Origin: Aureliella sp.
GTDB lineage: Bacteria; Planctomycetota; Planctomycetia; Pirellulales; Pirellulaceae
Direction of reading: 5' to 3'
DNA length: 64,000 nt
NCBI GenBank assembly: GCA_963691875.1
Contig: OY829846.1
Location: forward strand, 2,912,001-2,976,000
The notes below the pieces were generated by a model that was given only the letters and a program-made list of their open reading frames with translations, did no database searches and was not told where the DNA came from. A program made the position numbers and the translations under genes. The stretch's first letter is position 1. The number at the start of each line of letters is the position of its first letter. Below are positions 10,401 to 18,937 of this stretch, piece by piece.

Positions 10401-10897
10401 AAAGGAACGGGTAAGGCTTCGGGCAAAGGCCTGCCTGCAGAAAGAACAAAAAGTTGCGTCATACGGCTTAGCTTGGCGAAGCTCGACGTACTGAACAGCA
10501 ACTCGCCATCGGGAGTGTAATCCCAGAGCTGCTCGCCACCAGGATGGTAGCTGCGACGAACAGCGACACCACCGGTGACAGGGATTTCATACAAGTCCGA
10601 GTTACCTTCGTAGTTGCCCATGAAGGCAATCTGACTGCCATCGGGGCTAAAGCGAGGCGATTGTTCTTGTCCAGCTGGAGAAGCCAACGGCGAGGCCATG
10701 CCTCCGTTACGATCGACGATCCACAAGTCATCCGCGTAGGAGAAGACGATCTTGTCTTCGCTGATATCTGGATAGCGGATCATTCCGGCAGCCGGATTTT
10801 GATCGGCAAGAGCTACTTGCGACACGCCGAACAAGCTGGTGGAGCAGCTCGCGACGGCTAGCAGGACGCGACGAAGGTAAGAAAATGATATCGACAT
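7424..10897 (-). CDS. Tricorn protease-like S41 family peptidase (secreted)
   Basis: Signal peptide, PD40/beta-propeller repeats ('PRFSPDG', 'WKRYRGGMASDVW'), 'RDFFYDPTMHGVDW', PDZ-like region, 'IIDDRWNGGG', catalytic 'AGSGGD', 'GRRTWGG', 'IEGHGVDPDI'. Confidence 0.93.
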   Translation of the reverse strand: MSISFSYLRRVLLAVASCSTSLFGVSQVALADQNPAAGMIRYPDISEDKIVFSYADDLWIVDRNGGMASPLASPAGQEQSPRFSPDGSQIAFMGNYEGNSDLYEIPVTGGVAVRRSYHPGGEQLWDYTPDGELLFSTSSFAKLSRMTQLFVLSAGRPLPEALPVPFGTNGAINDSGEWLAYTPYSRDTRTWKRYRGGMASDVWLFNLSDKSSKRVTDWEGTDSFPMWHDDTLYYLSDAGPNHRMNVWKYNVEADEKTQVTKFADFDVKTPSIGPGRNGEGEIIFQLGSEIRILNVKTKKSKSVKITIPGDRPSLRPHIVDAADFIQGASVSPSAKRVAIEARGDIWSAPIKNGSPRNLTRTSGAAERDPAWSPDGRWIAYFTDASGEYELVLAASDGSGETKQLTDNGNCWRSSISWSPDSKKLYFTDKTGGMFIVDANSKKVDQFDDEPHGGAGSISWSHDSAWLAYMRGTKAATRNQIRVLEVASGKTHAITSGYFNDVSPAFDREGEYLYFASNRDFGSPSYEDVGTTFIYDDTQVLVAVPLRADVKNPLLPTSDEETWKEENKDKPEGDKDEEAAAEKQEADAEKSKEGSEASSKKSTKKNRKNKGKKSKAKQPADGAKSDETKSGEAKPENKKSEEPKKISIDFEGIEARSFQVPVSSGRFRNLQYSAAGLIYARTSEQGESDPPSIKLLSIADGKASEKTVLAGAAGFELTPDGKKLLTFARGNIYVLSAAPGQSLGSSVSTEGMRMEIDRRAEWKQMFHEAWRAERDFFYDPTMHGVDWEAVREQYAALLEDCVSRTDLSYIIREMIAEINVGHAYYREGDVERGPRESVALLGCEFALGEKLTVAKLWQGGEWDTDARNPLSAAGVKEGDAILEVNGVPVDTEENPYKYFIGLGGRAITLKVQTGEKRARSVVVRPLSSDYNLRFWDGIEATRAYVEKKSKGKVGYIYVTNTGINGQNDLFRQFYSQHEKEALIIDDRWNGGGQIPTRFIELLNRPSTNRWAVRDGVDWVWPPDSHQGPKCMLINGLAGSGGDMFPGLFKQMKIGKLIGRRTWGGLVGIQGGRPLLDGASVTAPSFAYYDNDGTWGIEGHGVDPDIDVIEDPAKMQDGADPQLDVAIKTMLREIKQYPKPPTRPAYPDRSKMGIPDSDK

Positions 10898-11137
10898 TCA
10901 GTAATCCTTGGTGTGAGTCTTAGAGAGCTCCTTAGTAACGTTGCAGCCCCCAAAATTGTCAAGCGATGTTGCCTGCTAGCTAATCTTTTTGAAGCGGGCC
11001 AGTGGATCGAGGCCTGCAAGTCCTGGGTTCGAAGAACCTTGCCTTTCGGTAAACTTGACCCGGCCGTTGGGCAGGGCGAAGATTGAACCTTACCCCACGT
11101 GTTGCCGTTAGATACGTTTTGTGGCGAGATATTAGTG

Positions 11138-11890
11138 ATGAATCTAGTTTGGAAAGGGTGCGTCTCCCGAAGTGCACTTCACGTTGCGTGGTGCTGCCAA
11201 CATTTCCACTCACGTGCGAAGCACCTGGCTCCCGACTTGCGTACGGCTGCTGACTCGTATTGTGCTGCAGTGACCGGAACACCAGCCTGGAACCAATGGT
11301 TTGTGGCTGCAGCATTTGAGAGCGCCGAGTGGCGAAAACTACTCGCCGAATTCCATGCGCAGTATCCGGACTTTGGCGAACAGATAGCTCTGCGTTGTGG
11401 CCCCATTCAGCAAATGTGGGAAGCTCACGGCCCCGGTCTGATGTCGCAGCTGCGAAGCATGATTGGGCTCGAGCATCTCCCAGAATTAACTAGCCTGTAC
11501 TTGGTTCAGCCCGTACTAGGGGGCGCAGGCATGGCTTATCAAGCTAACCCACCCGCTATGCACCTGGAAGCCGTACTTGCCAATGAAGATCCGCGTTTGC
11601 CAGAAACGCTACGGCTCGCTTGGCTGTACGCACAAGTCGCCTGGAACGCACAAGTGAGCCACGTCGGTACACGGGCTGCCGACTCGCTAACTCCGCCCGG
11701 CGCTTCGTTGATTCCGCCAGTCTTGGCTGCTGCAGAAGAACTTGGACTAACGAAGTGCTCGCCCGAGCTCACTCACGCCGCACTGCAGCGTTGGATGCCG
11801 CTTGAACATGAAGTGCTCGTAAGCAAGACGCCAAACCTCGCGGAAGACCTTTGGAATCGATGGTCACGGGGAGACTGGAAACCGGATTGA
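11138..11890 (+). CDS. Hypothetical protein (planctomycete-type)
   Basis: 250-aa ORF from ATG 11138 (alternative GTG 11099) filling the gap between two large genes; protein-like composition. Confidence 0.7.
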   Translation: MNLVWKGCVSRSALHVAWCCQHFHSRAKHLAPDLRTAADSYCAAVTGTPAWNQWFVAAAFESAEWRKLLAEFHAQYPDFGEQIALRCGPIQQMWEAHGPGLMSQLRSMIGLEHLPELTSLYLVQPVLGGAGMAYQANPPAMHLEAVLANEDPRLPETLRLAWLYAQVAWNAQVSHVGTRAADSLTPPGASLIPPVLAAAEELGLTKCSPELTHAALQRWMPLEHEVLVSKTPNLAEDLWNRWSRGDWKPD

Positions 11891-11934
11891 AAATTGTGGT
11901 AAGGGAGTCCAATGCATCGGTTGATCCACCGATC

Positions 11935-11964
11935 AAAAAAAGCCTCCGGTAATCCCGGAGGCTT
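11935..11964 (-). terminator. Rho-independent terminator
   Basis: AAGCCTCCGG-TAATC-CCGGAGGCTT perfect stem preceded by an A-run (U-tract on minus strand), 30 nt after the stop at 11995. Confidence 0.8.
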
Positions 11965-11994
11965 GATAGCTAATCCATCTCAACTGAACAGTGT

Positions 11995-14688
11995 TTACTC
12001 TTCGAAGACTCGCATTGCTTCGTCGAGCGTGTACTGGAGGTAGTCGTCGACTTCACCTTCGAGCACACCTAGTGCGGTTTCGATAATCTCGTCGCTTGGT
12101 TCCATGAAGGTCAAGGCACGTACGGCTTCAAGACGCACTCGAGGATGCTTGTCGGCAACACGCTCTTTCAACAACTTCAGCGACTCTTGGACTCCGTCCG
12201 TCCAGAATGACAAAACGCGGACGGCGGCAGCTCGAGCATGATGGTTGTCGCATGTCAAAAGCTGCTTGAGCAGGTCTTCGTTGACTACATTCTGCGCCTG
12301 ATGAACCCACAGGCCTTCGAGAACGTGGTGCAAGTAGTCCTCGCCCGTCTTGTCCAGGCCGCTTAACCATTTCTTCGTGGCAGCAATGACATCTTCGGTC
12401 TCACGAGCCGCTAGCTCTCGGCGAACGTTGTAGCGAATACGATCATCCTTGGACTTTAACAGGTCCAACAAGTCGGCAATGGGCTCACCGGTGATCTTCG
12501 GCACATCGACCAAAGGTCTCGATGGGTAGGTCACGCGCCAAATACGACCATGCGAGTGGTCGCGGCTTGGGTCACGTAGATTGTGCTGTAAGTGACCGAT
12601 CAAAGCGTTGTGCCAGTCGACGATGTACAAGGAACCATCTGGAGCAAACTGCACATCGACAGGACGGAAGTTTCCGTCTTCGCAGTAAACGATCGGATCG
12701 ACTTCTTTGCCTTTGAAGCCAGAATCTTCCTCGACAATCTTATGATTGAGGATCACACGCTCACCAATGCAATTCGTAACAAGCCAGTTACCGTGAGCTT
12801 CAGGCGGGAAGTGAGTGCTGCCCACGAGTTCGCATCCGCCAAGTGGTCGGATTCGTTTCGGGTAGAACGTGGGGAATCGATACTGCGGGTCCCCACCCGT
12901 TTCCTTGGCCAGTCGGCGGTGCTGCGATCCGCCCGGGTGCTTGCTGGGGTAATCTATCTTGCCTGACAAAGGAGCCGCCCAGTAGCTGAATCCAGGTGAT
13001 GCATCGCCAATGAAGTCTTGGCCCCAGTAATCGAAAACGTGGCCCCAGGGGTTGGCGAATGCAAAGTTAACGTGCACGCCAAACTTCTCGCTCTTCGGAT
13101 GATAGCGCCAAATACCTGCTTCATGTAGACGGGTCAAACCATATGGACTTTCGACCTGCGAGAACTTGAAAGTACCTTCTTGGAAGTACAGATTGCCGCC
13201 CGGACCAAAGGTGAAGGCCGCGATGCCGTGGTGCGAGTCAGCGCTGTCAAAGCCAACCAACTTGCGAATTCGCGTATCGGCCTGCAAGTCACCGTCTTCG
13301 TCAGTCAGAAATAGAATGTCTGGTTGTTGGGCCACATAAACTCCGTTACCCGCGATTTCAAAGCCAGTCGGCTGGTGCAAGCCATCGGCGAACACGTCAC
13401 AATTGTCAGCCTTTCCGTCTTTGTCGCTGTCGGTCAGCACCAACAACTTATCGTTGAGGACCGACTTCGGCTTCCAGTGTGGATAGGATTCCATCGTGGC
13501 AACCCAAATCCGGCCTTCGTTGTCAAAGTCGATCGCAACCGGGTTCGCCAGTTCAGGAAAATCTTCCTCAGATGCAACGAGTTCAATCTTGTAGCCAGCC
13601 GCTGTCTTGAAGAGCTTTAGCTGTTCCTCAGCGGTCAAGTAATCCAAGGAACCAAGTTTGCCAAGCTTGGCCTGCTTGTCATCAGGACCACCAACATTCG
13701 TGCGAGGCTCGATAAAGGGCAGGGTATTGCTATCGTCGGCTTCGGCAGGCACCTTGCCACCTCGCGCCAAGGTCCAAATCCGAGCATCTCGGTTGGCAGC
13801 CATTTGATCCAAGATGGCGCGCTCACGCTCCATCACGTCTCGGTTGTTGTACGTCCCGTCGGAACCAGCCAAGCCGCGGTCGCCGTAGATCGAGAACCCG
13901 TTGACGGCTCGATAGCGATGCCACCAGTGGAAGTTCTTGTCATCGATCTCCGTCTTTAACTTGCTGACGACCAAGTCATCCACTTTGCCTTTGCATTGAC
14001 CGAACAGGCCGTTCATCAAAATGGGAGCAAGTTGCTTGTAGCCGGCATCGTTAAGGTGACAGCCGTTGAGCGTCAAACGATCGTCCGAGTTGTCGAGCAT
14101 GTCCTTGGTCGGTGCGTGCAGATCGACAAAGCCAACACCGGTCAACTTCGCGGTGCTCTGCAAAGCCGCTGTGTACCTGGCCAAGTTCTTGTTTTCCGCC
14201 TCACCGCTGGGCAAGTTTTTATCGCCAGTATTCTCAAAGGCAATGGGAGAAACGAGCACAATCCGCGGAGCGCCTTTGCCGCTGTAGTCGGCAGACTTGG
14301 TACTCTCTACAAGCTTACGAATCTCTTCTTTGAAATCCCCCAAGCCATCATCGCCTGCGAAGGACTCATTGAAGCCAAAGAAGTACAGAATCACCGTTGC
14401 ACCAGAGTGCTTCAAGTGCGATTCAGGCGATCCAAAGTTTTTAGAGCGAATTCGTAATGAAGGCTCATCACCTGGGAAGCAAAGATTGCGAACTGTTAGA
14501 TCAAGATCCGGAAATTCGTTATGCAGAAGCAACTCAAAATAGTTGTGATGCTGCATTCGCTCGCCGAGCTCGTTGCCGACCAAGCAGATGTGGTCACCTT
14601 TCTGTAGCTTCAATGCCTGGGCTTGAAGCGTGGAAATTGGCGATGCGAGAAGGCAGCAAAACAATGCGAAAAAGGCACGCAGTTTCAT
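11995..14688 (-). CDS. PVC-type membrane-bound dehydrogenase-like protein (SGNH-like N-domain, beta-propeller, HEAT repeats; no CxxCH)
   Basis: Signal peptide MKLRAFF. SGNH-like 'ICLVGNEL...TLNGCHLN'. Propeller motifs 'ELVASEEDFPELANPVAIDFDNEGRIWV', 'DSHH', 'NPWG', 'FRPVDVQFAPDGSLYIVDW', 'HGRIWR'. HEAT repeats. Confidence 0.85.
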   Translation of the reverse strand: MKLRAFFALFCCLLASPISTLQAQALKLQKGDHICLVGNELGERMQHHNYFELLLHNEFPDLDLTVRNLCFPGDEPSLRIRSKNFGSPESHLKHSGATVILYFFGFNESFAGDDGLGDFKEEIRKLVESTKSADYSGKGAPRIVLVSPIAFENTGDKNLPSGEAENKNLARYTAALQSTAKLTGVGFVDLHAPTKDMLDNSDDRLTLNGCHLNDAGYKQLAPILMNGLFGQCKGKVDDLVVSKLKTEIDDKNFHWWHRYRAVNGFSIYGDRGLAGSDGTYNNRDVMERERAILDQMAANRDARIWTLARGGKVPAEADDSNTLPFIEPRTNVGGPDDKQAKLGKLGSLDYLTAEEQLKLFKTAAGYKIELVASEEDFPELANPVAIDFDNEGRIWVATMESYPHWKPKSVLNDKLLVLTDSDKDGKADNCDVFADGLHQPTGFEIAGNGVYVAQQPDILFLTDEDGDLQADTRIRKLVGFDSADSHHGIAAFTFGPGGNLYFQEGTFKFSQVESPYGLTRLHEAGIWRYHPKSEKFGVHVNFAFANPWGHVFDYWGQDFIGDASPGFSYWAAPLSGKIDYPSKHPGGSQHRRLAKETGGDPQYRFPTFYPKRIRPLGGCELVGSTHFPPEAHGNWLVTNCIGERVILNHKIVEEDSGFKGKEVDPIVYCEDGNFRPVDVQFAPDGSLYIVDWHNALIGHLQHNLRDPSRDHSHGRIWRVTYPSRPLVDVPKITGEPIADLLDLLKSKDDRIRYNVRRELAARETEDVIAATKKWLSGLDKTGEDYLHHVLEGLWVHQAQNVVNEDLLKQLLTCDNHHARAAAVRVLSFWTDGVQESLKLLKERVADKHPRVRLEAVRALTFMEPSDEIIETALGVLEGEVDDYLQYTLDEAMRVFEE

Positions 14689-15119
14689 TGTCTCACCATG
14701 GTTGTTGGGGGAAGGAAGGCAGCCGAAAACCACAAAGAAACCTTAAGCTTCGCACGTCGCAGCAATTGCTAGACGACCGACGCAATATTTCCGACTCAGG
14801 CACGATTCTATCAGCCAAATTTTTCGATGCGAGTTCTACCCTGCGATCAGTGGGGTTTTCGCTTGTAATTCGAGTGCTTACCATAATTGAGCGCAGCAAC
14901 GAACGAAAATGCCACAAACCTCTATCCGTTGCCTAATTTCGGTCCGAGTAGACTTCAGCTTGTAGACGATTGTCTTTGTCACCGATGCTGGAGCCGTTGT
15001 AAGATCTGCAGTCCGAGCAAGCCAGCGTTATCGACTGGGACTTAAACGATGTTTCAACGCAGCGAGACTTAAGCTCCGGTGGTGTAACCGCAAACCAGCG
15101 AATCTGAGAACAACATACC

Positions 15120-15590
15120 TTGGACGAATCACGGAGAATCCGCCTTGGAATTCCAGCTGACTTTGCAGCCCTTGCCGAAGTCATGTTTGACGCGGTGCGC
15201 AACGGGAAAAGTGAATATACCGAGGCCCAACGCGAAGCGTGGGTACCGGAAATTCGAAGCGGTGAGATGTGGGCGAATCGCTTGGCAGCCCAAGATCTCT
15301 TTGTCGCTGAAGACGAAAAACAAATCGTCGGATTCATGAGCCTCGCCGACGAAGGCCACGTTGACTTTGCGTACATCCGACCAGCTGAACAGGGCAGCGG
15401 ACTGTTCCGTCAGCTCTACGAATCACTCGAAAAACATGCTATTTCCATTGGCCTGCAACGCTTATGGGTTCACGCCAGCCTCATGGCCCAGCCAGCTTTC
15501 TCAGCCATGGGATTTGAGATTCTTGAAGAGCAAAGAGTCAAAATTGGCGATCAGACTCTTCGACGCTTTGAACTCGAGAAGTGGCTCTAG
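15120..15590 (+). CDS. GNAT family N-acetyltransferase
   Basis: 'IVGFMSL...VDFAYIRPAEQGSGLFRQL...LWVHASLMAQPAFSAMGF' acetyl-CoA-binding motif (YafP-like). Confidence 0.85.
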   Translation: MDESRRIRLGIPADFAALAEVMFDAVRNGKSEYTEAQREAWVPEIRSGEMWANRLAAQDLFVAEDEKQIVGFMSLADEGHVDFAYIRPAEQGSGLFRQLYESLEKHAISIGLQRLWVHASLMAQPAFSAMGFEILEEQRVKIGDQTLRRFELEKWL

Positions 15591-15769
15591 CAGCCTTTCC
15601 GATGTGTGGACCTCGAAAGGTAAAAACCAGTTTCTGCCCAAGCTCAAGCTGCAAAAGAGACTCCTTTGAAGCTCATCGGCGATTCGATGAGTCGTACGCC
15701 TTATGGATTCGCTGGCTGCTTGGTGTGGCTTCTCGCTGCTCGACAGGCAAGAAACGGAACTGCAGTCTC

Positions 15770-16125
15770 AGATCGAAAAACAAACCACGGTTGCTTGCAA
15801 CCGAGTTTGCTATCGAAGCGTTTCGAAAACAAGAAAAGCGATGCCCAGAATCGCTCGAGAAGTTGGCCGCGGTTATTTACCCAGCATTCCCGTCGATCCT
15901 TTGTCACCATAGGGAAACACGCCCAGGATGGAATGGCGTGATGACAGGGCAATACTTGTCTACAGCGTGGGAGCTGATGGGGTTGCCCAAGAGCACGTGA
16001 CTTTTGTGAATTGGAACGCGACGTTTGATGACCTCCTACTAGGCCGTGGAGCCAAGCGCGTTTCAAGCTATTTCGAGGCTGAGACCCCTACCTCAGATGC
16101 AACTCAGCGTATTGAGGAAAGTTAA
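15770..16125 (+). pseudogene. Fragmented C-terminal part of a planctomycete hypothetical gene (type II secretion G-like C-terminal motif)
   Basis: Pieces in two frames: RLLATEFAIEAFRKQEKRCPESLEKL, then YLPSIPVDPLSP* (TAG 15910) and ...ILVYSVGADG. Together they rebuild the 'P.sL..L...yl..+P.DP......+YSvG.dg' motif. Confidence 0.55.
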
Positions 16126-16606
16126 GAAAGACCGAAAGAATCTGGCCGGCGGTGGATTGAATGAGCTCTCGTGTGGCGGCTGCTTCGCTGTTGTAGTCAG
16201 AAAGCCTCCGCTGAAGACTGGAACTTTTATCCGGCTCTAGACTCATCTTCCCAAGTGTCTTCTGGACTCGCTCTGCTGCGGCGAATTGTTTCTCTAAAAT
16301 CGAAGTGCCGCGAAAAGCATCCAACGCCAATTGAAATTGCTCACCGTCTTCCATCGCTACCTCGCGTGCATCCACGCGCGTAGCGACATCAACCTCGACT
16401 TGGCGATAGTGAGAGGAGAGTTCTTCCGCCAACTCTTGCCAAGCTGTGGCTGCTTTCTCGCGAGATGCGTCGATGGTGTTGTAGCTGGCTAGAGTGTAGC
16501 TGACCAACGCACCGAGAATAACCAGCATAGAGATGACGACGTACGTCAGTTTGGGACCAGAGATCGCTGAAGGCGGAGTGGTACTGGATTCCTCAGAAGC
16601 TGTCAT
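16088..16606 (-). CDS. LemA-like membrane protein
   Basis: N-terminal TM helix followed by 'SYNTI...AATAWQEL...' and C-terminal 'RRLSDYN...ILSVFLNFP', the LemA pattern. Confidence 0.6.
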   Translation of the reverse strand: MTASEESSTTPPSAISGPKLTYVVISMLVILGALVSYTLASYNTIDASREKAATAWQELAEELSSHYRQVEVDVATRVDAREVAMEDGEQFQLALDAFRGTSILEKQFAAAERVQKTLGKMSLEPDKSSSLQRRLSDYNSEAAATRELIQSTAGQILSVFLNFPQYAELHLR

Positions 16607-16812
16607 CGATTCAATTTGCGGTTAGAGGAATGAGACGCTTCTAGCGTGGGATTCGGTTAGGTCACGGAATTCGTCAAGAATTTCGGTTTATGACTCTAGC
16701 AATGGTAGGCTTTCGCTACTTAAAAGTATGCTGGTCGTTCTGCCGACCAAAAGCACAACTCAAAGTGGCCCAGGTAAGCTGGTCAATTGTGACAAGAAAC
16801 CTTCTTTGAACA

Positions 16813-17757
16813 TTACAGTGTTTGCAACAAGGCAAGGGTGCCGAGGCCGTAAAAGCTGTACTCGACGTCGTCACCGGGATCATACTCGAAGCCTCGGAAG
16901 CCGCCAGTAGCCTGCTGCATGCTCTCCACATACTGCTGAACCCCCTTGGTCGAAATACTCTCGAGACGCTCGACGTCTGCCAAAGTCACGCATGCGGTAA
17001 AAGTACTTAACAAGTCGGGTAGGGGAATGCGCGTATTCGCCTGGAAGCCACCTTCATCAGTTTGCAGCTCGGCCAAGAACTCTGCGGCATCTTCTGCTAC
17101 CACGTCGTGCAACTTGCCCAAGATTCGTAAAGCCCCCATGGCAGCAGCGGTTGGATTCGCACCTGATCGCTTACCCACACGGATCTCTAGAAAGCCACCG
17201 TCATCCTGCTGTTGACTCATCAAAAAGCTGTAAGCTGCATTGGCTTCTGGACAGGGTCGCTCGATGAGCTCCAAGCAGAGCAAAACCAAAAACGTTTGGT
17301 AAGTACTACCAGTACGTCCTTCGAGACTCTTGCTAAATCCGCCGTCATCTCGCCGCAAAGTATCGAGTAGCTCTGCCAGTCGCTTTTCCCAGTCTTCTTG
17401 AGCGCCTTCGAAAGCATCCAGCGAGCAAGTCGCTTCTAGCAGCTTGACCGAGTAAACGAGTGACAGAAGATCAACAATTCCCTCATGCGAGTGCATCCGA
17501 CTACGCAAAAAATCCGCGCTGCGTTGCGCGACTTTCCCATCCAGCAAACCAAGAATTGCCAAACTGCGCAAGGCAAAGCTGGTGTAGTAAATATCGCTTT
17601 CGCCTTCCCGCCCTGCCCAGCCTCCATCGGCTCGCTGGCGCGTCACAACGTATTCGCCATGCAGCTTCTGCGTTTCGCTCGGAAGCTGCGCCGCACCAAA
17701 GGTGAGGCGAATCATCAATCGTGCTAAGTAACCCAGTTGCTCCAGTTCTTCCATCAC
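16813..17757 (-). CDS. Prenyltransferase/squalene-oxidase repeat protein (geranylgeranyltransferase beta-like)
   Basis: Repeated QxxDGG(F/W) motifs: QRADGGW, RRDDGGF, QQDDGGF, QTDEGGF, QQATGGF. Also 'SDIYYTSFAL' and 'DVEYSFYGL'. Confidence 0.85.
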   Translation of the reverse strand: MMEELEQLGYLARLMIRLTFGAAQLPSETQKLHGEYVVTRQRADGGWAGREGESDIYYTSFALRSLAILGLLDGKVAQRSADFLRSRMHSHEGIVDLLSLVYSVKLLEATCSLDAFEGAQEDWEKRLAELLDTLRRDDGGFSKSLEGRTGSTYQTFLVLLCLELIERPCPEANAAYSFLMSQQQDDGGFLEIRVGKRSGANPTAAAMGALRILGKLHDVVAEDAAEFLAELQTDEGGFQANTRIPLPDLLSTFTACVTLADVERLESISTKGVQQYVESMQQATGGFRGFEYDPGDDVEYSFYGLGTLALLQTL

Positions 17758-18269
17758 GCCGCTCTACGAACAATCGGATCTCGAGGCTCATCACTCAAGT
17801 GCATCGCGACAACGGGTTTCTCATCTTTCCACTCTATCTTGTATCGCGGAAGCACCTTCGGTGCATAGAAAAGATACATGACCGGCAGAACAGTCATTGA
17901 AAAGCTGGCGCTAGCGGCGAGCAGCAAGCGTGCTGGCCGATGACCGTCGGAAAAGTTATCTGCCAAGTAGGCGACGAAGGAGATGCCGCCAGCTGGCAAG
18001 ATTGCGTAGATGACGAAGTCAATGAACATCATGTACCTTGTTATTTCGGTATCACGATCCACCAAGAACGGAATATAGAAGAGAACCGTGGCCAACAGCG
18101 GCGTTAACAAGAGTGCTCCAAGAACGACCAAAACTCGATACCAGCCGCAGGCCGTGTAATAGGAACGCTGGATCATGCGTCCACCTGGGTAACAACCGAC
18201 AAGCCCAAGCACAACGCCGACAACTTCAATCAGGTTTTCTTGCAGATACAACATGAAGATCCGTCGCAA
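17754..18269 (-). CDS. Hypothetical membrane protein (about 4 TM helices)
   Basis: Hydrophobic segments; 4-nt overlap with the downstream gene, operon-like spacing. Confidence 0.7.
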   Translation of the reverse strand: MRRIFMLYLQENLIEVVGVVLGLVGCYPGGRMIQRSYYTACGWYRVLVVLGALLLTPLLATVLFYIPFLVDRDTEITRYMMFIDFVIYAILPAGGISFVAYLADNFSDGHRPARLLLAASASFSMTVLPVMYLFYAPKVLPRYKIEWKDEKPVVAMHLSDEPRDPIVRRAA

Positions 18270-18277
18270 ATCGCGGC

Positions 18278-18706
18278 TTAATTGTCGATTAGATATGGTA
18301 AGAGCTTAGAGCGTAGGTCAGCTGGGATGTCCACGGACTTCAGTGGCTGGTCTTTTGCAACGTGACAACACACTGCAACGATCTTGCCTGATGCAATTTG
18401 CTTTTCAAGATGGTGAAAACCGAAACCAAACTCAACGCTCTTGGAACCTAGCTTAAGCAGACTGAGTTTGATGTGAAGCACATCTTCGAATTTTGCGGCT
18501 CCCCGAAAGTCACATTCTACGTGAACACGAGGCCAGCCCACATGAAGGCCTCCGCCGATGGGCTGCATCACGCTTACCCCCAGATGTCGCCAGAAAGCGT
18601 GCTCTGCCTGCTCCATGTAGCAGGTGTAGGCCGAAAAGTGCACGATGCCGGCAGCGTCGGTTTCGCAGAATTCGACTCGTCGCTCAAAAGAAAAGATTTC
18701 GGGCAT
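18278..18706 (-). CDS. Acyl-CoA thioesterase (4HBT/YbgC hot-dog family)
   Basis: 'RRVEFCETDAAGIVHFSAY..YMEQAE' motif. Confidence 0.9.
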   Translation of the reverse strand: MPEIFSFERRVEFCETDAAGIVHFSAYTCYMEQAEHAFWRHLGVSVMQPIGGGLHVGWPRVHVECDFRGAAKFEDVLHIKLSLLKLGSKSVEFGFGFHHLEKQIASGKIVAVCCHVAKDQPLKSVDIPADLRSKLLPYLIDN

Positions 18707-18937
18707 CAGGCATTTGCAGGTTCGAGGAATTTGGCGATTGCGGAAGGAAGCGAACGAATTATTGCGGCCGAACTAGTCGCTGCTCATCCACGCTTTTACC
18801 CCGCAGCCTTGGACCATAAAGCCACACATTTCAGCCTGCGGACCAACACGCTGACCGCGAGCCCACATATCGCGTGTCTCCCCGCGCTTTCGGCTCATAT
18901 TTCCGAGGACCTCTGGCGATCCTGCGGAGAAAGCGAG

